DNA of 63,712 nucleotides, the filler included, from Octopus bimaculoides (Eukaryota), in assembly GCF_001194135.2 (NCBI RefSeq). It is 5 parts of 5 records of this genome, joined end to end, with 100 filler letters (N's around TTAATTAATTAA, not from the genome) between each part and the next. Parts side by side here need not be neighbours in the genome. Positions count along the whole stretch, not along the records: positions 30,094 to 55,393 come from NC_068991.1; 4 more parts are not named here. One strand, given 5' to 3'. Made by a program: the position numbers and the translations under genes. This document shows, piece after piece, positions 39,670 through 54,226 of this stretch (the first letter of the stretch is position 1; each line of letters opens with the position of its first letter). A model generated the notes under the pieces. It was given only the letters and a program-made list of their open reading frames with translations. It did not search any database and was not told the DNA's origin.

Positions 39670-39885
39670 CATATTGATTTCAAATTTTGGCAGAAGGCCA
39701 GCAATTTCACAGGAGGGGTAAGTTGATTATATCACATCCAGTGTTCAACTGGTATTTGTTTTATCAATGCCAAAAAGATGAAAGGCAAAGTAACCTTGGT
39801 GAAATTTGAACTCAGACTGTAAAGACAGACAAAATGCTGCTTAGCATTTTACCCAGCATGTTAACAGTACTGCCAGCTCGTCACC
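39670..39885 (-). mobile_element. Family B SINE, degenerate
   Basis: AAAGATGAAAGGCAAAGTAACCTTGGTGAAATTTGAACTCAG...TGCCAGCTCGTCACC. Confidence 0.7.
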
Positions 39886-39907
39886 TTGAGCATAATATTA
39901 ATTAATA

Positions 39908-40190
39908 AACAAGTGCACTCAGAGAGCATAAACCTCTGCCAAAGCAACACCAATGTCCTCTCAACAATTAGCCAGAGATGATTTTTAAAATGAGAATATC
40001 TGAAAGAAATTTGATTACTCTCACAAGTGAGAATACTAAAAACGAACCTGACTGCTCTCAAAAATTAAGTAAAAAAGCAGAAAAAATAATCCAGAATCCT
40101 TGTCCGGTACCAGATTGGTCCCCAAATCTAATCAGTTTGTACCAATAATGAGGCCAAACATCTCTGAAAGTTTCATCTGAATCCATCCAG
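39908..40190. mobile_element. HINE/Helentron-like non-autonomous element, truncated copy
   Basis: Colinear with 58001-58340 for about 280 bp. Confidence 0.55.
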
Positions 40191-40328
40191 CTATTAGGAA
40201 CAATGCATCCAGAATTGAGTGCCAGCTCAACATATTATAGCTTCCTCAGAACAGAGACAGTTGTCTGCTAATGTAAGTGATTAGTTAACTCCTGTTCTTT
40301 TGTTCTTTCATTTTTAAATTTTACATGA

Positions 40329-40383
<55 letters not shown>

Positions 40384-41606
40384 TATATATGTTGTGATGT
40401 GTACATTTAGGTGAGGCATTCATTGTTGCTATATAACTTTCGTGTTGACAAATGTCTAATCCTTATTTTATGTCTGATGGATCCCTGTTGTGTTGTGAAA
40501 TATATATCCCTTAGATACAAACCTGTGGCTATTTAATATTCCCTACTAGTATATTTATATGCATGTACACTTATACTGTTATGTACATGTACACTTATAC
40601 CATTATGTACATGTACACACACACTCTTATACTGTTATGTACACATACACATTTACTGTTAAACATGTACTACCTTTCTTATGTATGTTTAGGGGAATGC
40701 ACAGACAAATATTCACACGGATGCTTGTATAACATATGCACATATACACACACTTGAAGCTCCTTCCGGTTTCCATCTATCAAATTTTGCTTGCAAGGCA
40801 TTGGTCAACTTGTGGCTATGATAGAAGATACCAAAGAGTAATCTCACAATCATGTGATTCTGAAGTGATATGTATATAAAATAGATCCTCGGTTTTTGAA
40901 CAATCCTGATCATGAATAAATCGTGCTTTATCTCCTGTCATTCTCATAGTCATTTAATACAGTAGTACCTTGGTTTACGACTGCCTCTGATCACAAATAA
41001 ATCATGCTTTATATCTATCTATCTCTCTCTATATATATAAAGCACGATTTATTTGAGATCAGAGTTGTTCGAAAACCAAGGTACTACTGTATATGAATTC
41101 AGACATGCATACAGGCACATATACAACAGACATAATGTTCAATCATGAGTGGCCTCCTCATTAAATTGAAAATGTTGATGACTAATCACTCCACAGACAC
41201 ATGTTAAGTTAACATACATGTATGTGTGTGTGTGTTTGTTAACTTAAAAAATTAATCTGGATTCAAGGATAGCTGATCTTCTGTGTTCCAGTTCCATTGT
41301 AGAGATCTAGTAAAGCTAAATGTAGTGCTTTGCCCTAAGTACACAGCATAATATGTGATCTGCAGCATAATAATTATTCATGATACCCTTGTACCAATGG
41401 TTTTAAACCTTTTCTGCCCAACTTATTTGAAATAACATTCAAATCTTGCTCAAATCATGAACACTGCCATCTTTAAAAAAGGAATGAGGCCTTAGATAAT
41501 GCAGTCCTAGATTCACTATACTGAGAAAAAAATGGGGTAGTCATGGCTGGAATATCTTGGATCATAGATCTTGATCAGAGATGAACTTTGACCAAATACC
41601 AACAAC

Positions 41607-41609
<3 letters not shown>

Positions 41610-41692
<83 letters not shown>
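41610..41692. repeat. Long (GA)n microsatellite
   Basis: Directly visible. Confidence 0.95.
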
Positions 41693-41696
<4 letters not shown>

Positions 41697-41728
41697 TGTG
41701 TTGAAATATGCTAAGTTGCCAGACAATA

Positions 41729-42915
41729 CTGGGTCATCCTATAAATAATGTCGTTTTTTTCAGTTGCATGAACTAAAAATCGGAAGGGGATGGGATAAAC
41801 TACCCACACCAACTTGCTATAAAAGCAGGTAGTAATTTTATCTTATCCTTATTCTTAGGGCAAGTTTTGAAGAGTGCAGTTCGATTTTAACAGTTATTTT
41901 TTTCAAATCTATAATGGAAGTGATAAAGGATCATATTTGGCATATTTTGCTTTAAAAGTTCAATAAAGGCAGCAATGCAACAGAAAGTGTGAGGAATATT
42001 AATGCAGTATATAGGGATTGGACAATAAGCACAAGCCAGTGTCAGTGGTGTTCCAGAAATTCCGAGTCAAAAAACTACAGTCTAGAAGATGAGCTGCATC
42101 CTGGAAGATCTGTAGGACATCCTTGCAAACCCTAGTGGAACAAAATTCCATTGTAACTGTTGAGGAACTAGCAGAGAAGCTCGGATTTGGTCATTCAACC
42201 ATTAATTGACCATTCATTGGAAAGTCAGTAAATTAGGTTAATGGGTTCCTCACAAACTTCCTGAGTCTAATCACGTGCAGAGAGTGAATGTGTGCTCTTC
42301 TTTGCTGTCATGTCTCACGAATGACCACGTTTTTTTGGACTGAATAGTGATCCGTGACGAGAAATGGGTTCTCTATAAAAATTTCAAGTGCCAAAGACAG
42401 TGGGTAGGGAAAGGAGAAACACAAGCACCCCAGGCTAAAGAAGGTCTTCATCCACGTAAGTTGTTTTCTATTTGGTGGGATATGAAAGGTTTAGTCCACT
42501 TTGAACTTTTAAATCCAAACCAAATGATAACAAAGGAGATCTACTGTGAGCAGCTTGAGTGGCTTAAGTCAGCGCTAGAAGGAAACAACCATCTTTGGTT
42601 TCAAGATGAAAGGTGTTCTTCCATCAGGATAATGCTTGGCCACATACAGTGGGGATCACATTCCAAAGGTTGGACCTGTTGGAATGGGAAACGATGCCCC
42701 ACCCACCATATTCCCCAGACATTGCTCCACCTGATTGTAATTTATTCCGCAGTCTTCAAAATCATTTGGACAGAAAAAATATGGATTCTGTAGATGGATG
42801 AGCATTGCAGAAAATGAAGGAGAATATATTTTAGATTAAAAAAGAACTTTGTTTATTTCATTTTTGAAAAATAAAATAAGTATAAAAAAACTGCATTATT
42901 TGCGGGATGACCCAA
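41729..42915 (+). mobile_element. Full-length but decayed mariner with TIRs and TA target duplication
   Basis: TA|CTGGGTCATCCTATAAATAATG ... CATTATTTGCGGGATGACCCAA|TA. Transposase motifs RDEKWVLY, IWWDMKG, HQDNAWPH, HPPYSPDIAPPD. Confidence 0.92.
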
Positions 42916-45560
42916 TATTTGAGAATAAAAGAGCTTAATGATGGCTTCTTGTAAAAGCAAGTAAAGACTACTGCTTCAAGGTGGGGGTAGCATTGTCAAA
43001 GAAGAAATGAAAAATATTATTCTTTAGTCTCCATTGGCTCTCTAATGCTATTGCTGCTGTTTTTAGTCCCAGGTGAAGCTTGATAAAGCTTCAAAGGCAT
43101 TTCAGCCATTTTCTCTTTTTAGGAACATATAGGGCTTTAGGAGCATATAGGTATTTAATGTGTTCTTCCCCATTTTTAAGATAGTGGGGTATGATCTGAG
43201 AGAGATTTATCTATTTTAGCAAGTCAAATGTCCATATATAGGCTCTGTCATTGGTTTTCCTGGTTTTGTATATCATAATAGTTAGATGAGAGAATTGATG
43301 GAGCATTCCTTTATGCTTTGTATTCATATTCCACCCAGGATCACTAATCTTATTCTAAGAGCGCTATACCCTACAAAATGGTGCTCCAGCATGGTCAGAG
43401 TCCAAAGACTGAAATCAGTAAAATAATAATCCAGTACTTACTGATAATATCTATCATCAGCCTAGTATTTCTTAGGGATTATCCACTTATCACTTTCATT
43501 CCTTCTGTAGCTGGAAAAATTTATTTTCAAAGTACATTAAAAGAATAATGGAAATATAAGAGGACACTACATCTCACTTACAGAAACTATGTAAATCAAC
43601 AGAAAAGGAGCCATCTATGAAATATGAACAATAACACAAGAAAGAAGGAAATATAGTTTTAGCATGTTATATGAACTGATCATATGCATAAAAGTACTTG
43701 TGTGTATAGTTAAGAGCCAACTGTTACTTGCTTGGTAACATGTACCAGGCTTTCACTAATTGCTTTAGGTACCTATGTAGTAACAAGCAGAAATAGACAT
43801 CCTCTTCGTTCTCCTTTTACTCAGTGGCACACTGAAGATGTAACAGCTGGAGGGAGAGCTGTACCAGCATTCAGCTGGTACTCATTTACAGCAGAGTAGA
43901 TTGGAGCAAGGTAAATTGAAATTAAGCTTGGTTCTCCAGTAATATATGTGAAAATACACAAAACCCAGTTTTCATTGATATGTATATCAGAGAACTTGCT
44001 ATTACATCCATACATATCCAGCTATAGCAATCGCTTATAATATAGATTTAAGTTCTCTAGAAATTGTTATTTATTTAAATAGTGCTAAGAGCACTGGTTT
44101 ATATTGCAGCTGACACCTCTTAGAACTGAATTAGTGCATCAATATTGTGGTATTTCCCGATCAATGAACGTGTTTTATCAGAAGTGTGTGTGTGTGTGTG
44201 TGTATAGGCATATTCCATTATCATTATAATTTTATGTCTGCTTTTCATGTTGGTATGGATTGGACAGGTTATTACAGTTGGCGTCACCACATATTCAGAA
44301 TACTTCCCACCTAGTTGGCTTGGGGTACTGTACCTCATTTACATTTTGTTGTTGACTTGGTTTCTACAACTGGATACCATTCCTAACACCAACTACTTTA
44401 TAGAGTGTACTGGAGCCTTTTTTTCATGGGACTAGCATTAGAAAGGTATCATCTCCTTGATAAGACTGAAGGGTTTTCATGACTTTACATTTTACAAAGT
44501 GTACTGGGCACATTTTCCATGGTACCAGCACTAAACACTAGAGAGGTAACCATGTCTTCAAAATGTCTGAAAGGTTCTCTGTTCACTCACCAGTCTCTTT
44601 ACAGAATGAAAAACATTAATGATAGCAGCATGAAAGAAGAGAGACACAAATGATAGTGGTGAAAGGGATGTGTGATGGGAGAAGTATGATAGAAGTGCTG
44701 AGTATTCTGAGATACATAATTAAGGCAACGTAGCTGAGATGGCAGAGCAATGAAAAATGTCTGTGTGATCCACTATGTGATAGTGTGATAACAGAGACCC
44801 AGCTGAGTAATGATAGAAATCCAAGAATGTGTCAGAAAAAGAGAAACAGAAATGGTAATAGCAGGCCATATAGGAGAAAAGGATGAACATAGAGTGTATT
44901 GGGCACAAGTGGTCTAATGTAGCTACTTATGCATACATTTCAAGATTTGCTGGAGAGAATGAGTTATGAGGGTGGGGGCAGGGAAAATGGAGAGTAGATG
45001 GGTCTTGTACCAGTGGACAGCACAAACAAGTATTGATGAGAGGGGCAGAATAGTTGCAATAACATTCTCAGTCACACCAGAAACGGATTAAGAGATGAGC
45101 AATAGGCATGGGTGAAACAATGCAATGTATGACAAACAGAATATGAGCAATAGATGTATGGGCAAGAGTGTGATATGTATGGCCAACAGCAGCGGTAGGG
45201 GAAGGGAAAGAGAGAGAGAGAGAGAAAGGGAGAGCTAGAGAAGGAGAGAGAGAGAAAAAGAGGGTGAGATCCATTTTCAACTGAAACCATACCAATAACA
45301 TAGTATACTGAGACAGAGAGAAGGAGAAATGAGCCATAAAGATATGGTCAACTGAAGTGAGTTAAAGGTATGGGTGAAAGAGATGTATGATAGAGTATGG
45401 ATAATGGACATATAAGTAATATGGATGAATGATGTGAAGAATGAGAGTTAAAAGGTGAATGACAGGGGTGAAATGCAAGTGATATAGGGGTTAAAAGAGT
45501 GAGTAGCTATCAAAGAGCTTATAATTTTCAAAAAAAAAAACATCTTCCAGTAATGCATGT

Positions 45561-46876
45561 GCAATGATATACATTAGCTGGCTGGAGTTAACTGCATCAT
45601 ACTTACAAATATGTGCCCAAAGACTTTCTTTCTTCATAACTTTCAGAAAAATGGATATTTTTAATGAAATTTTCTATAAATACACTTCAGATGGTATAGA
45701 TTCTGATTATATTGGAATTTGTTGTGAAATAGAGTTTTTGAGAAAATGTGATATGTGTACTATCCCACCAATTTTTATTTTCATATTAAATTCTGTTATC
45801 TATACACTCTGTATATCTGTAATCTATACACTCTGTATATCTGTAATCTATACACTCTGAAAGGTATTTGTCAAAATTTTCACTTTAGAATGCCCATTTT
45901 TCTGAAAGTTATGAGGAAACAAATCCAACTTGTGTGAATTTTCTGAAGCTCCACTCTCCATTCCCCTGACAAAATCTTTTCACAACAAATTTAGAACCTA
46001 CAAATTCAGAACCTACACCACCTGAAAAAAATTTCATTAAGAAATATCTATTTTTATGGAAGTTATGAAGAAATTAAGTTAATGGAACACATCCGTGTAT
46101 GTATCCCCATTGCTTTAACATATGTCATTGATTATAATTTAAAAAAAAAATACATGTTTATTACAGATTTCCGGTAACGCATGTACAATGGTATACAATA
46201 ACCAGCCAGAGTGAAGTGTTCACAGACTGCAGTTTTTGTACATTGTATAGATTCCAATAATATACAAATATGTTGTGAAAATATTTTTGCAAGAATAGTG
46301 AGAGGTGTTTCAGAAAATTCACAAAAGTCAGCTTTGTTTCCTCATAACTTTCAGAAAAATGGGTATTTTTTCATGAAATTTTGTATCGATACCTTTCAGA
46401 GTGTGTAGATTATGATTATATCAGAATTTAATATGAAAAGAAAAAATATTGGTGGGAAGGCCTTACATACTGATGCACATGACATATATCTATTAAATAA
46501 AACTCAAAATTTCAGAAAAAATTATGATGTGTATCAACATGCATATGTGCATTCTCACTATTTCCTTTTTCATATCAAATTTCTATATAATTGCAATTTA
46601 CACATTCTGAAAGGCATTTGTAGAAAGTTTCATTTAAAAATACCCTTTCTTCCAAAAGTTATGAGGAAACAAAGCTGACTTGCATTAATTTTCTGAAACT
46701 CCTCTTCCCATACCCTCCAAAAATATTTTTTTCCCAATAAATTGTCATATAATTGGGATCTACACCATCTGAAGCATACTTGTAGAAAATTTCATTAAAA
46801 AATATATATCTATTTTATCTGGAAATTATGAGGAAACAAAATTGGTGGAGCACATTTGTGTATGTGCATACATTGC
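45561..46876. repeat. Foldback element built from six ~75-bp subunits in mixed orientation
   Basis: Unit ATCTA.AC..TCTGAA...AAGTTATGAGGAAAC. Forward at 45846, 46011, 46595 and 46758; reversed at 45628-45701 and 46336-46410. Confidence 0.7.
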
Positions 46877-47371
46877 TTTAACACAAGTAATACTAAGATT
46901 ACATAACTATCATATAACTACATATCAACTTGCTCTGCTTCGCTCTCATTTTGTATGTAACAATATTTGATTATATGACTGTATGTGATATATAAACAAA
47001 GAATATACTTTTCATTTGGTTTGCATCAAAAGGTTGACGATAATATGAATGAGATGGGTTCAATATTTCACTACATATCAACCAAAATAGGATAATGATA
47101 TTCACAATGATATTTTGTTTAGTAACAAATACTAACTGTATTAAAAATATAGGAATATATGATACAATGATATCAAACCAAAATACAGAGAGAGTGTGTG
47201 TGTGTGTGTGTATTAAAATGATTTGGCAGTATTTAGGTTGTAATTTTTCATTGTTTATAAATCCTTGTTCTTTTAATATAATTGCATTTCATCTTATAGC
47301 TCTACAACATGTTTTCTATTATTAATGTTTGAGCTTCATTCATGTTTCTTGTCTTGCCAGCATTCTTCCCA

Positions 47372-47850
47372 CATCATCATCATCATCATCGTTTAACATC
47401 TGCTTTCCATGCTAGCATGGGGTGGACAATTTGACTGAGGACTGGCAAACCGGATGGCTGCACCAGGCTCCAATCTGATCTGGCAGAGTTTCTACAGCTG
47501 GATGCCCTTCCTAACGTCAACCACTCTGAGAGTGTAGTGGGTGCTTTTATGTGCCGCCAGCACGTGGGCCAGTCAGGTGGTACTGGCAACGGCCACACTC
47601 AAAATGGTGTTTTTTATGTGCCACCTGCACAAGAGCCAGTCCAGCGGCACTGGCAACAACCTCGCTTGAATGTTTTCTAATGTTCCACCGGCACAAGTGC
47701 CAGTAAGGTGATGCTGGTATCAGGCTCAAATGATGCTATTTACATGCCAGTGGCACAGAAGCCAGGCAGCTGCTCTCGCAATGATCATGCTCGGACGGTG
47801 CTGTTAGTGCTCCACTGGCACAGGTGCCAGTCATTGAATATGGTTCAGTT
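47372..47850 (-). mobile_element. Interspersed repeat with (GAT)n tail (SINE or RTE-LINE 3' end) and internal GTGCCACC subrepeats
   Basis: CATCATCATCGTTTAACATCTGCTTTCCATGCTAGCATGGG... start; partial homologs near 31.2, 52.4 and 55.8 kb. Confidence 0.65.
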
Positions 47851-48403
47851 ATGATTTCGTGCATGCCAAATATATACTTACACATATATACTATAGGAAT
47901 ATATGATACAATGATATGAAACCAATGTAAAACATGCTATCTTAAATATAGTGTGTTCATACTAGTATATATATAGCACAATTTTAACATGTTTTGCTAA
48001 GCAATGTGTGTTTGTGCGTGTGTGTGTGTGTACACACACACACATCTATCAGTCTGTCTATACACAAATGCATACATACAAACACAATGAATAAATATAT
48101 ATATATAATATATATGTATTATATGTATATATAATGTGTGTATATGTGTGTGTGTGTGTGTGTAAGAAAGAGAGATAGAGAGAGNNNNNNNNNNNNNNNN
48201 NNNNNNNNNNNNNNNNNNNNNNNATATAAAAGAAAGAAACAAGATATCTAGTGAAAAAAAAGGGGGATAGTAAGGGAGAAGGTAAGAGAAAGAGCAAGGT
48301 AATATTCACAGAATGAATCAAAACAATGAATATGCAAGTGGTATTTGGAATTTTTCCTCAGCTGTTGATATTCATAACATGCAGCACTACATTCCTCCTA
48401 TTT

Positions 48404-48442
<39 letters not shown>

Positions 48443-48454
48443 ACAATGATACAA

Positions 48455-48492
<38 letters not shown>

Positions 48493-48654
48493 TTTGGTGC
48501 AAATGGTTTTGTTATACAGCACCATATTTTACAATTCTGTAAATAATAATAATGGTATTTTTATATAATCATAAAGCTTATGGTGATCACCGTGCAAGGA
48601 AAATATCCTAATAAGGGGCCATATAAGCCCTCAACAGAAAAACGAAGGCTTTCC

Positions 48655-48732
48655 TGTCTGTGTGGGACTCGAACCCACATCCCTTTGTTAACGCGACTAA
48701 GTGTGTTCATTCTTAGTTTTGCCAACTGAGAT
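48655..48732 (-). pseudogene. tRNA-like remnant (pseudogene or SINE head)
   Basis: Minus strand has CTCAGTTGG (A-box-like) and GTGGGTTCGAGTCCCAC (T-arm/B box), but no intact cloverleaf. Confidence 0.4.
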
Positions 48733-49729
48733 GAATATCTTTCTTTGAGGGTTAAACTGTGTCCTTTTTTTCACCAGTTGACTTCAAGGAACACATCCAC
48801 TCTAATCTGCATTGTCCAAAACATTCTTTCAAATAATATGATTGTCCATGCTTGATATTTTTCTCTTTGTGGTTTTATGATTCGAAACATCATTAAAGAG
48901 TTTTTGTCTACATGTTATTTGGATAATCTCAGCTGTTTTAAGATTTTTCGACTCATTATATTCCCTTTGTGGGAGTATATCATACATGTAATAGTATTTC
49001 TGCATAGAATGAAATGAGAAAGCAGTAAAGTAGCCTGGCTTCAGGAGAGATACCGAGAGAAAAAAATAAAAACTTTTAGAAAGTCCCATGTAGGAACCAA
49101 GATAGAGAATAATGTTGTTAGTACTGTGGGAAAATAGTAGTTGGTCCTACCTTTTGTCTTATATGGTGCCATGTTCGTTTAGTAAATTTCCTTTGCAAAT
49201 TGCTACAAAATTATTACAGTTTCTTTTAATAATCTGCAAAGAAAGAGGAAATTGATATAAATAGGGAACCTAATACACGAAATAACATGTTTATATATAT
49301 NNNNNNNNNNNNNNNNNNNNNNNNNNNNNNNNNNNNNNNNNNNNNNNNNNNNNNNNNNNNNNNNNNNNNNNNNNNNNNNNNNNNNNNNNNNNNNNNNNNN
49401 NNNNNNNNNNNNNNNNNNNNNNNNNNNNNNNNNNNNNNNNNNNNNNNNNNNNNNNNNNNNNNNNNNNNNNNNNNNNNNNNNNNNNNNNNNNNNNNNNNNN
49501 NNNNNNNNNNNNNNNNNNNNNNNNNNNNNNNNNNNNNNNNNNNNNNNNNNNNNNNNNNNNNNNNNNNNNNNNNNNNNNNNNNNNNNNNNNNNNNNNNNNN
49601 NNNNNATTAAAAAGTGTACGTTAATAAACAAATATTGAAATAATAAACAAGTATTATTGTAGTATTATTGTGGTGAAAGATGGTAGTGAGATATGTAGTG
49701 AAGAAAGATCAGTTGAATGATAAACATTG

Positions 49730-50260
49730 GAGTAATTATAGAATAGAAATAAGCAAGTAATGCCCCGGCTGTGAGAGAAGGGTTAAATTTTAGCTGCTTG
49801 AAAGGACCAATAATGTTAGAACTTACTCAAGGAGAGAAAGAAAGCCAGCAGAGAAAGTAGCCCTAATCTGGCAACAGTATTCCACACAAGAATGAATAAA
49901 AGATTTATAAACAGGAAGAATTTGTTCGTGGGAAAGATCACAATTTGCTCAATTTAGAAAACCAACATTCGCAACAGCTGATTTAGCCATTGATCTAACG
50001 TAATCATTCCACTGAGATCTTTAGGAAAAGTTAAATTTAAAAGACCAAAATTAGAAGACTTAAGAAGGTCAATATCAGGTATAGACATAGCAACATCATA
50101 GTAGTTTGTGAAATAATTAATGAAAAGAAGTTTTGTTTTTGTGGAGTTGAAAGTAACCAACCACCAGCACCTTCAATTAGTCTCACTAAATGCAGATTAA
50201 ACATAGAAGTCTTTTGGTTACAAGTGTTGGTCAATTAGCATGTGGTGAATGCATTATCCT
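49730..50260 (-). mobile_element. APE-type LINE (Jockey/CR1 group) RT C-terminal relic
   Basis: VTFNSTKTKLL, FGLLNLTFPKDLS, VGFLN*A..EQIL..YKSFIHSCVEYCCQI, PFSHSR...LFLFYNY. Confidence 0.75.
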
Positions 50261-51519
50261 GTCAAATATTATAAGTCTAGAGTTTACCTTGAAGAGAAAG
50301 TGATATTTAAATGAAATAGTTTCAGAAGTAGCAGCAGCAATGTTTTTTAATTTTGAATATTTTTTTTTGAGCTGGTGGTTGGGCATTGAAATTACAATAT
50401 ATATATATAGAAAGGAACAGCTGTTGCTGTGAATGCTCCCTCTCACATGTTTAGGATGTAGTGTCCCATATTTACTTGACTATAATGCAATCTGGAATAC
50501 AGTGCAACCCATACGTTTTCTACCTGAATATCAGGAATATATTCTACCCTCCTATTTTTCCATTTTTATTTTAGTATACTGGTACCATGTAATTTTGACT
50601 CTAATGTTTTGTATCAAATTTCTCACAATATGCATGGTTAAATTCAATATCTATAACCTATTACAATGTAGAGAGAATTGCTTCAGATTCTTTAAAATAT
50701 TTTGTGATTTGTAATTGGGGAACCTATAAAAACATTGTCTTGTTTATTTATTGACATCGTGTTTTGATGAAAGTCATAAGCAACTGGTTTTTGTAAGCAC
50801 ACATGTAGATTTTCACTTCAAGGTGTATCAAGGGAAAGTAAGTCTGGTGATTTCCATCTGTCTCCAATCTATTTCCAGAAGAGGGTTTGAATTCAACTCT
50901 GCAAACTAACACAAGTCAACTTTCATGTGCTACCATTCATTAGAATATTGATTTTCTGTTTTTTGCAATATGTTACTAAGTGTCGAGATAGTTTCAAGTT
51001 TAAGTGACTCAAGGGTATACTTAATACAATTCCAGTGACTGGAGATGACCTATCACTACTTACCATCTGCATTTTCTATACAAATGTACATTGTAGAATT
51101 ACTTGGAAGTAGATGAGCCAATGGAGGAAACACAAAATGGTTGGAATAACAGTTAAATCACTTTCATATCAAACCCTACCATCTTATATATGTAGCCTCA
51201 TTGTCAGCATCAACCTTGTTTTAATGTCCACTATTCCATTCTTGCATGGATCAGAAAGACTTTGTTAAGGTGCATATATCTATATCTGGGTACCCTTTCA
51301 ATTGCCAACCCTCACATGTTTCCAAGTAAGATGATATTTTACCATGACCAGACATATTTTTATGGAAGATTGAAAATGAACATCACTTGTATAATGGTGA
51401 CACATGTTTACAACTGTCACATGAAATCCATGTAAGGAAACAGCAACACATGTACACATGCAGCACACACATACATGTGTGTATGTGTGTGTGTGTGTGT
51501 GTGTGTGTATACATATATA

Positions 51520-52300
51520 TCAAGTGTACTGAAAAGTAATGAATTTTCAAACAAACAGTCTGGTGTCATACCACAAATAATTTAATTTACAAGCCAGTAA
51601 AAGGTATTTTAGCAATCAACCAATCAGTATAGGGTTAATGAACAAATGTTTATGTGGACATGTACTGTATAGCCCATGGAAGATGAGGACTTTAGTGAGC
51701 TGCATTTTCAGCATTGTATACTTTATGAATTTTATAAGGGTAACAATGCAATATGTACAAGGGAAAACACATGTACTATATATCCTGTTGGTGTGAGTAG
51801 AGTATTCATGTCAAAGTGTAGAGGACTTATCTCAGAGATTTAATCTTGATCTATTATGCAAGGTCATCTTAGGCAGATTGAAAAAGTGCATAGAGAAGAG
51901 AAGTGAGTACAATAGAAAGTCCTCCTGCAACATGATGCAAAGCCATATTCAGCAAAGAATACTAAAAAAAGTATAAATTCTTTAGGCTAGGCAGCTCTAC
52001 TTTACACTCATTACTCATTAAACCTAGCACCATCGGATTTTCACTTATTCAGGTCACTTGAACACTACCAGTGGAAAAACATTCAGAAGCAGGGATAACA
52101 TTAAAATGGCATTCAAAACATTTTTTGCTTCTAAAAAACTTGATTTTTTTGCCTAAGGAATCAGAAAACTAGTTTCAAGGTGGGAAAATGTTATTGCTAT
52201 TGATAGCAATTATACTTCCAATGAATAAATATATTTAGAATATAATTTATACAGATTTGAACTCATTATACGAAATGTGACATTATTTTTGATACCCCCG
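51520..52300 (+). mobile_element. Internally deleted mariner relic
   Basis: VLLQHD.AKPYSAK..., LAPSDFHLFRSLEH; imperfect terminal similarity. Confidence 0.75.
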
Positions 52301-52970
52301 ATTTGTATATGTGTGTGTGTGTGTGTGTGTGCATACATATATAACATATATGTGTGTATGTGTTTATATATATATCATCTTCATCATCATTATTTAATGT
52401 CCATCTTCCATATATGGGTAGGACAGTTAACAAGAGCCTGCCAGGACTACCCCATGCAAGTGGTTTTCTTCATTTCCAGTCTATCATATATATATAGACC
52501 TTCCCCAACACAGGGCTTTGAGGCCATAATCTAGTCAATATTTTTTTTTTTTTTCATTTTGTAAAATACTGTTATTTTGGGATGGGATATTGTGTTTTAT
52601 TTTACTTTTATGCAAACTGTCAACTTTTACTTGAAGACCCTGTATATATAGTACATGCATGGATGGAACATTAACCATGTATCTCTCCTTTCATTCCCGT
52701 ATATTGTTATAACTTTTCAATATTTGTTATTCAGTTTGTGTTGTTTATCAACTGTAAGCCAACCAGGGTATCTTTATACTTCTTGAATAAAAAAGGCTAT
52801 GCACTTCCATCTAGAATATCTGAGGTATTGTCAATATTACAAAGTGCAATAATTGGCATAAATCTACTAGTAAAATTCTGACCATAACCAGTGATATGCT
52901 GCTCAATGATATATAAATACTTATTTATATACTCACACTCATACTTACTACATGTGTGCATGTGTGTATA

Positions 52971-53031
<61 letters not shown>

Positions 53032-53277
53032 ATACAGGTGTATTTATATACTTATATATGTTTATATACATTAGCATAACCATGTTATCAAAAATGCCAA
53101 CAGTTTTATTTATGATAGAAAATGGCATATGAAAACAATGAGAGAAAACATTGTTAAGTGTCAGAAATCGAGTAAATATATGTATATACACAGAATTAAA
53201 GCACATGAAGAACCAGATATTGTTGTAACATTTGAGTTTAAAATATTATTGTCCACATAATGCGTGTATCTATGTAC

Positions 53278-53331
<54 letters not shown>

Positions 53332-53587
53332 TAGTTAGATAGATATTATAGATATTATATATATAAAACGTCCACTTTTTCATGCTCAGATTTTGCATGG
53401 TTTGATGCTCTTCTTGATGCTCTTCTTGATGCTCTTCTTGATGCTCTTCAAGTAATATTTCACCATGCCTACGAATATTTACTTGGCAGATTGAAAATGA
53501 AGAACACTTCTTGCATGACAGTGACACTTGCTTACAAACATTGCTTGATGCTAGGGTAAAGTGACAGTAAACCATGCACGCATGCAT

Positions 53588-53635
<48 letters not shown>

Positions 53636-53994
53636 ACACACACATGAATAGCGTTCCTCCACTACACACACCCACACATGTTTATATATGGACATACATA
53701 TACATATGTGTGTATGAATGTGTGTGCATGCATACATGCTTGTTTACATTTCTTAGATTGATGAAATTGGTGTCATTGACAATTTCACGTGAACAATATC
53801 CTGCTTTGCGGATGTGTAAAATATCTTTTACATGGGAAAAGATGTTTTAACCCTCTATAAAACATATATATATATTAACATCCATGTGTTTGTATATATG
53901 CAGGTGTAAACACACTCACACACTTATGAATAAGTTTATACACACATTCTCTCTCTCTCTCTCTCTCACACACGCATACACACACACACATTTG

Positions 53995-54226
53995 AAGGGT
54001 GCCCATAAATTACTGTTATAATAGGAAAAATTTAGAAAAAAATGAGAAACATAGTTAACTCAGCAGGGTTTATTAAGAAGCATAGATAAAAAAAAAAAGT
54101 TTTATTAGAAACTTCAGAATACTTTGACGTGAGCTCCATTGGTTGGAAACAAGTTGATTGATGAATCTCAACTTTAATAGATACAATAAATTGTGCAAGT
54201 TGTGAATATAATTTGTGAACACCCTG
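53995..54226. mobile_element. Small Tc1/mariner-type MITE candidate
   Basis: AAGGGTGCCCATAAATT at the left end; AATTTGTGAACACCCTGT at the right end (imperfect TIRs). Confidence 0.4.
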
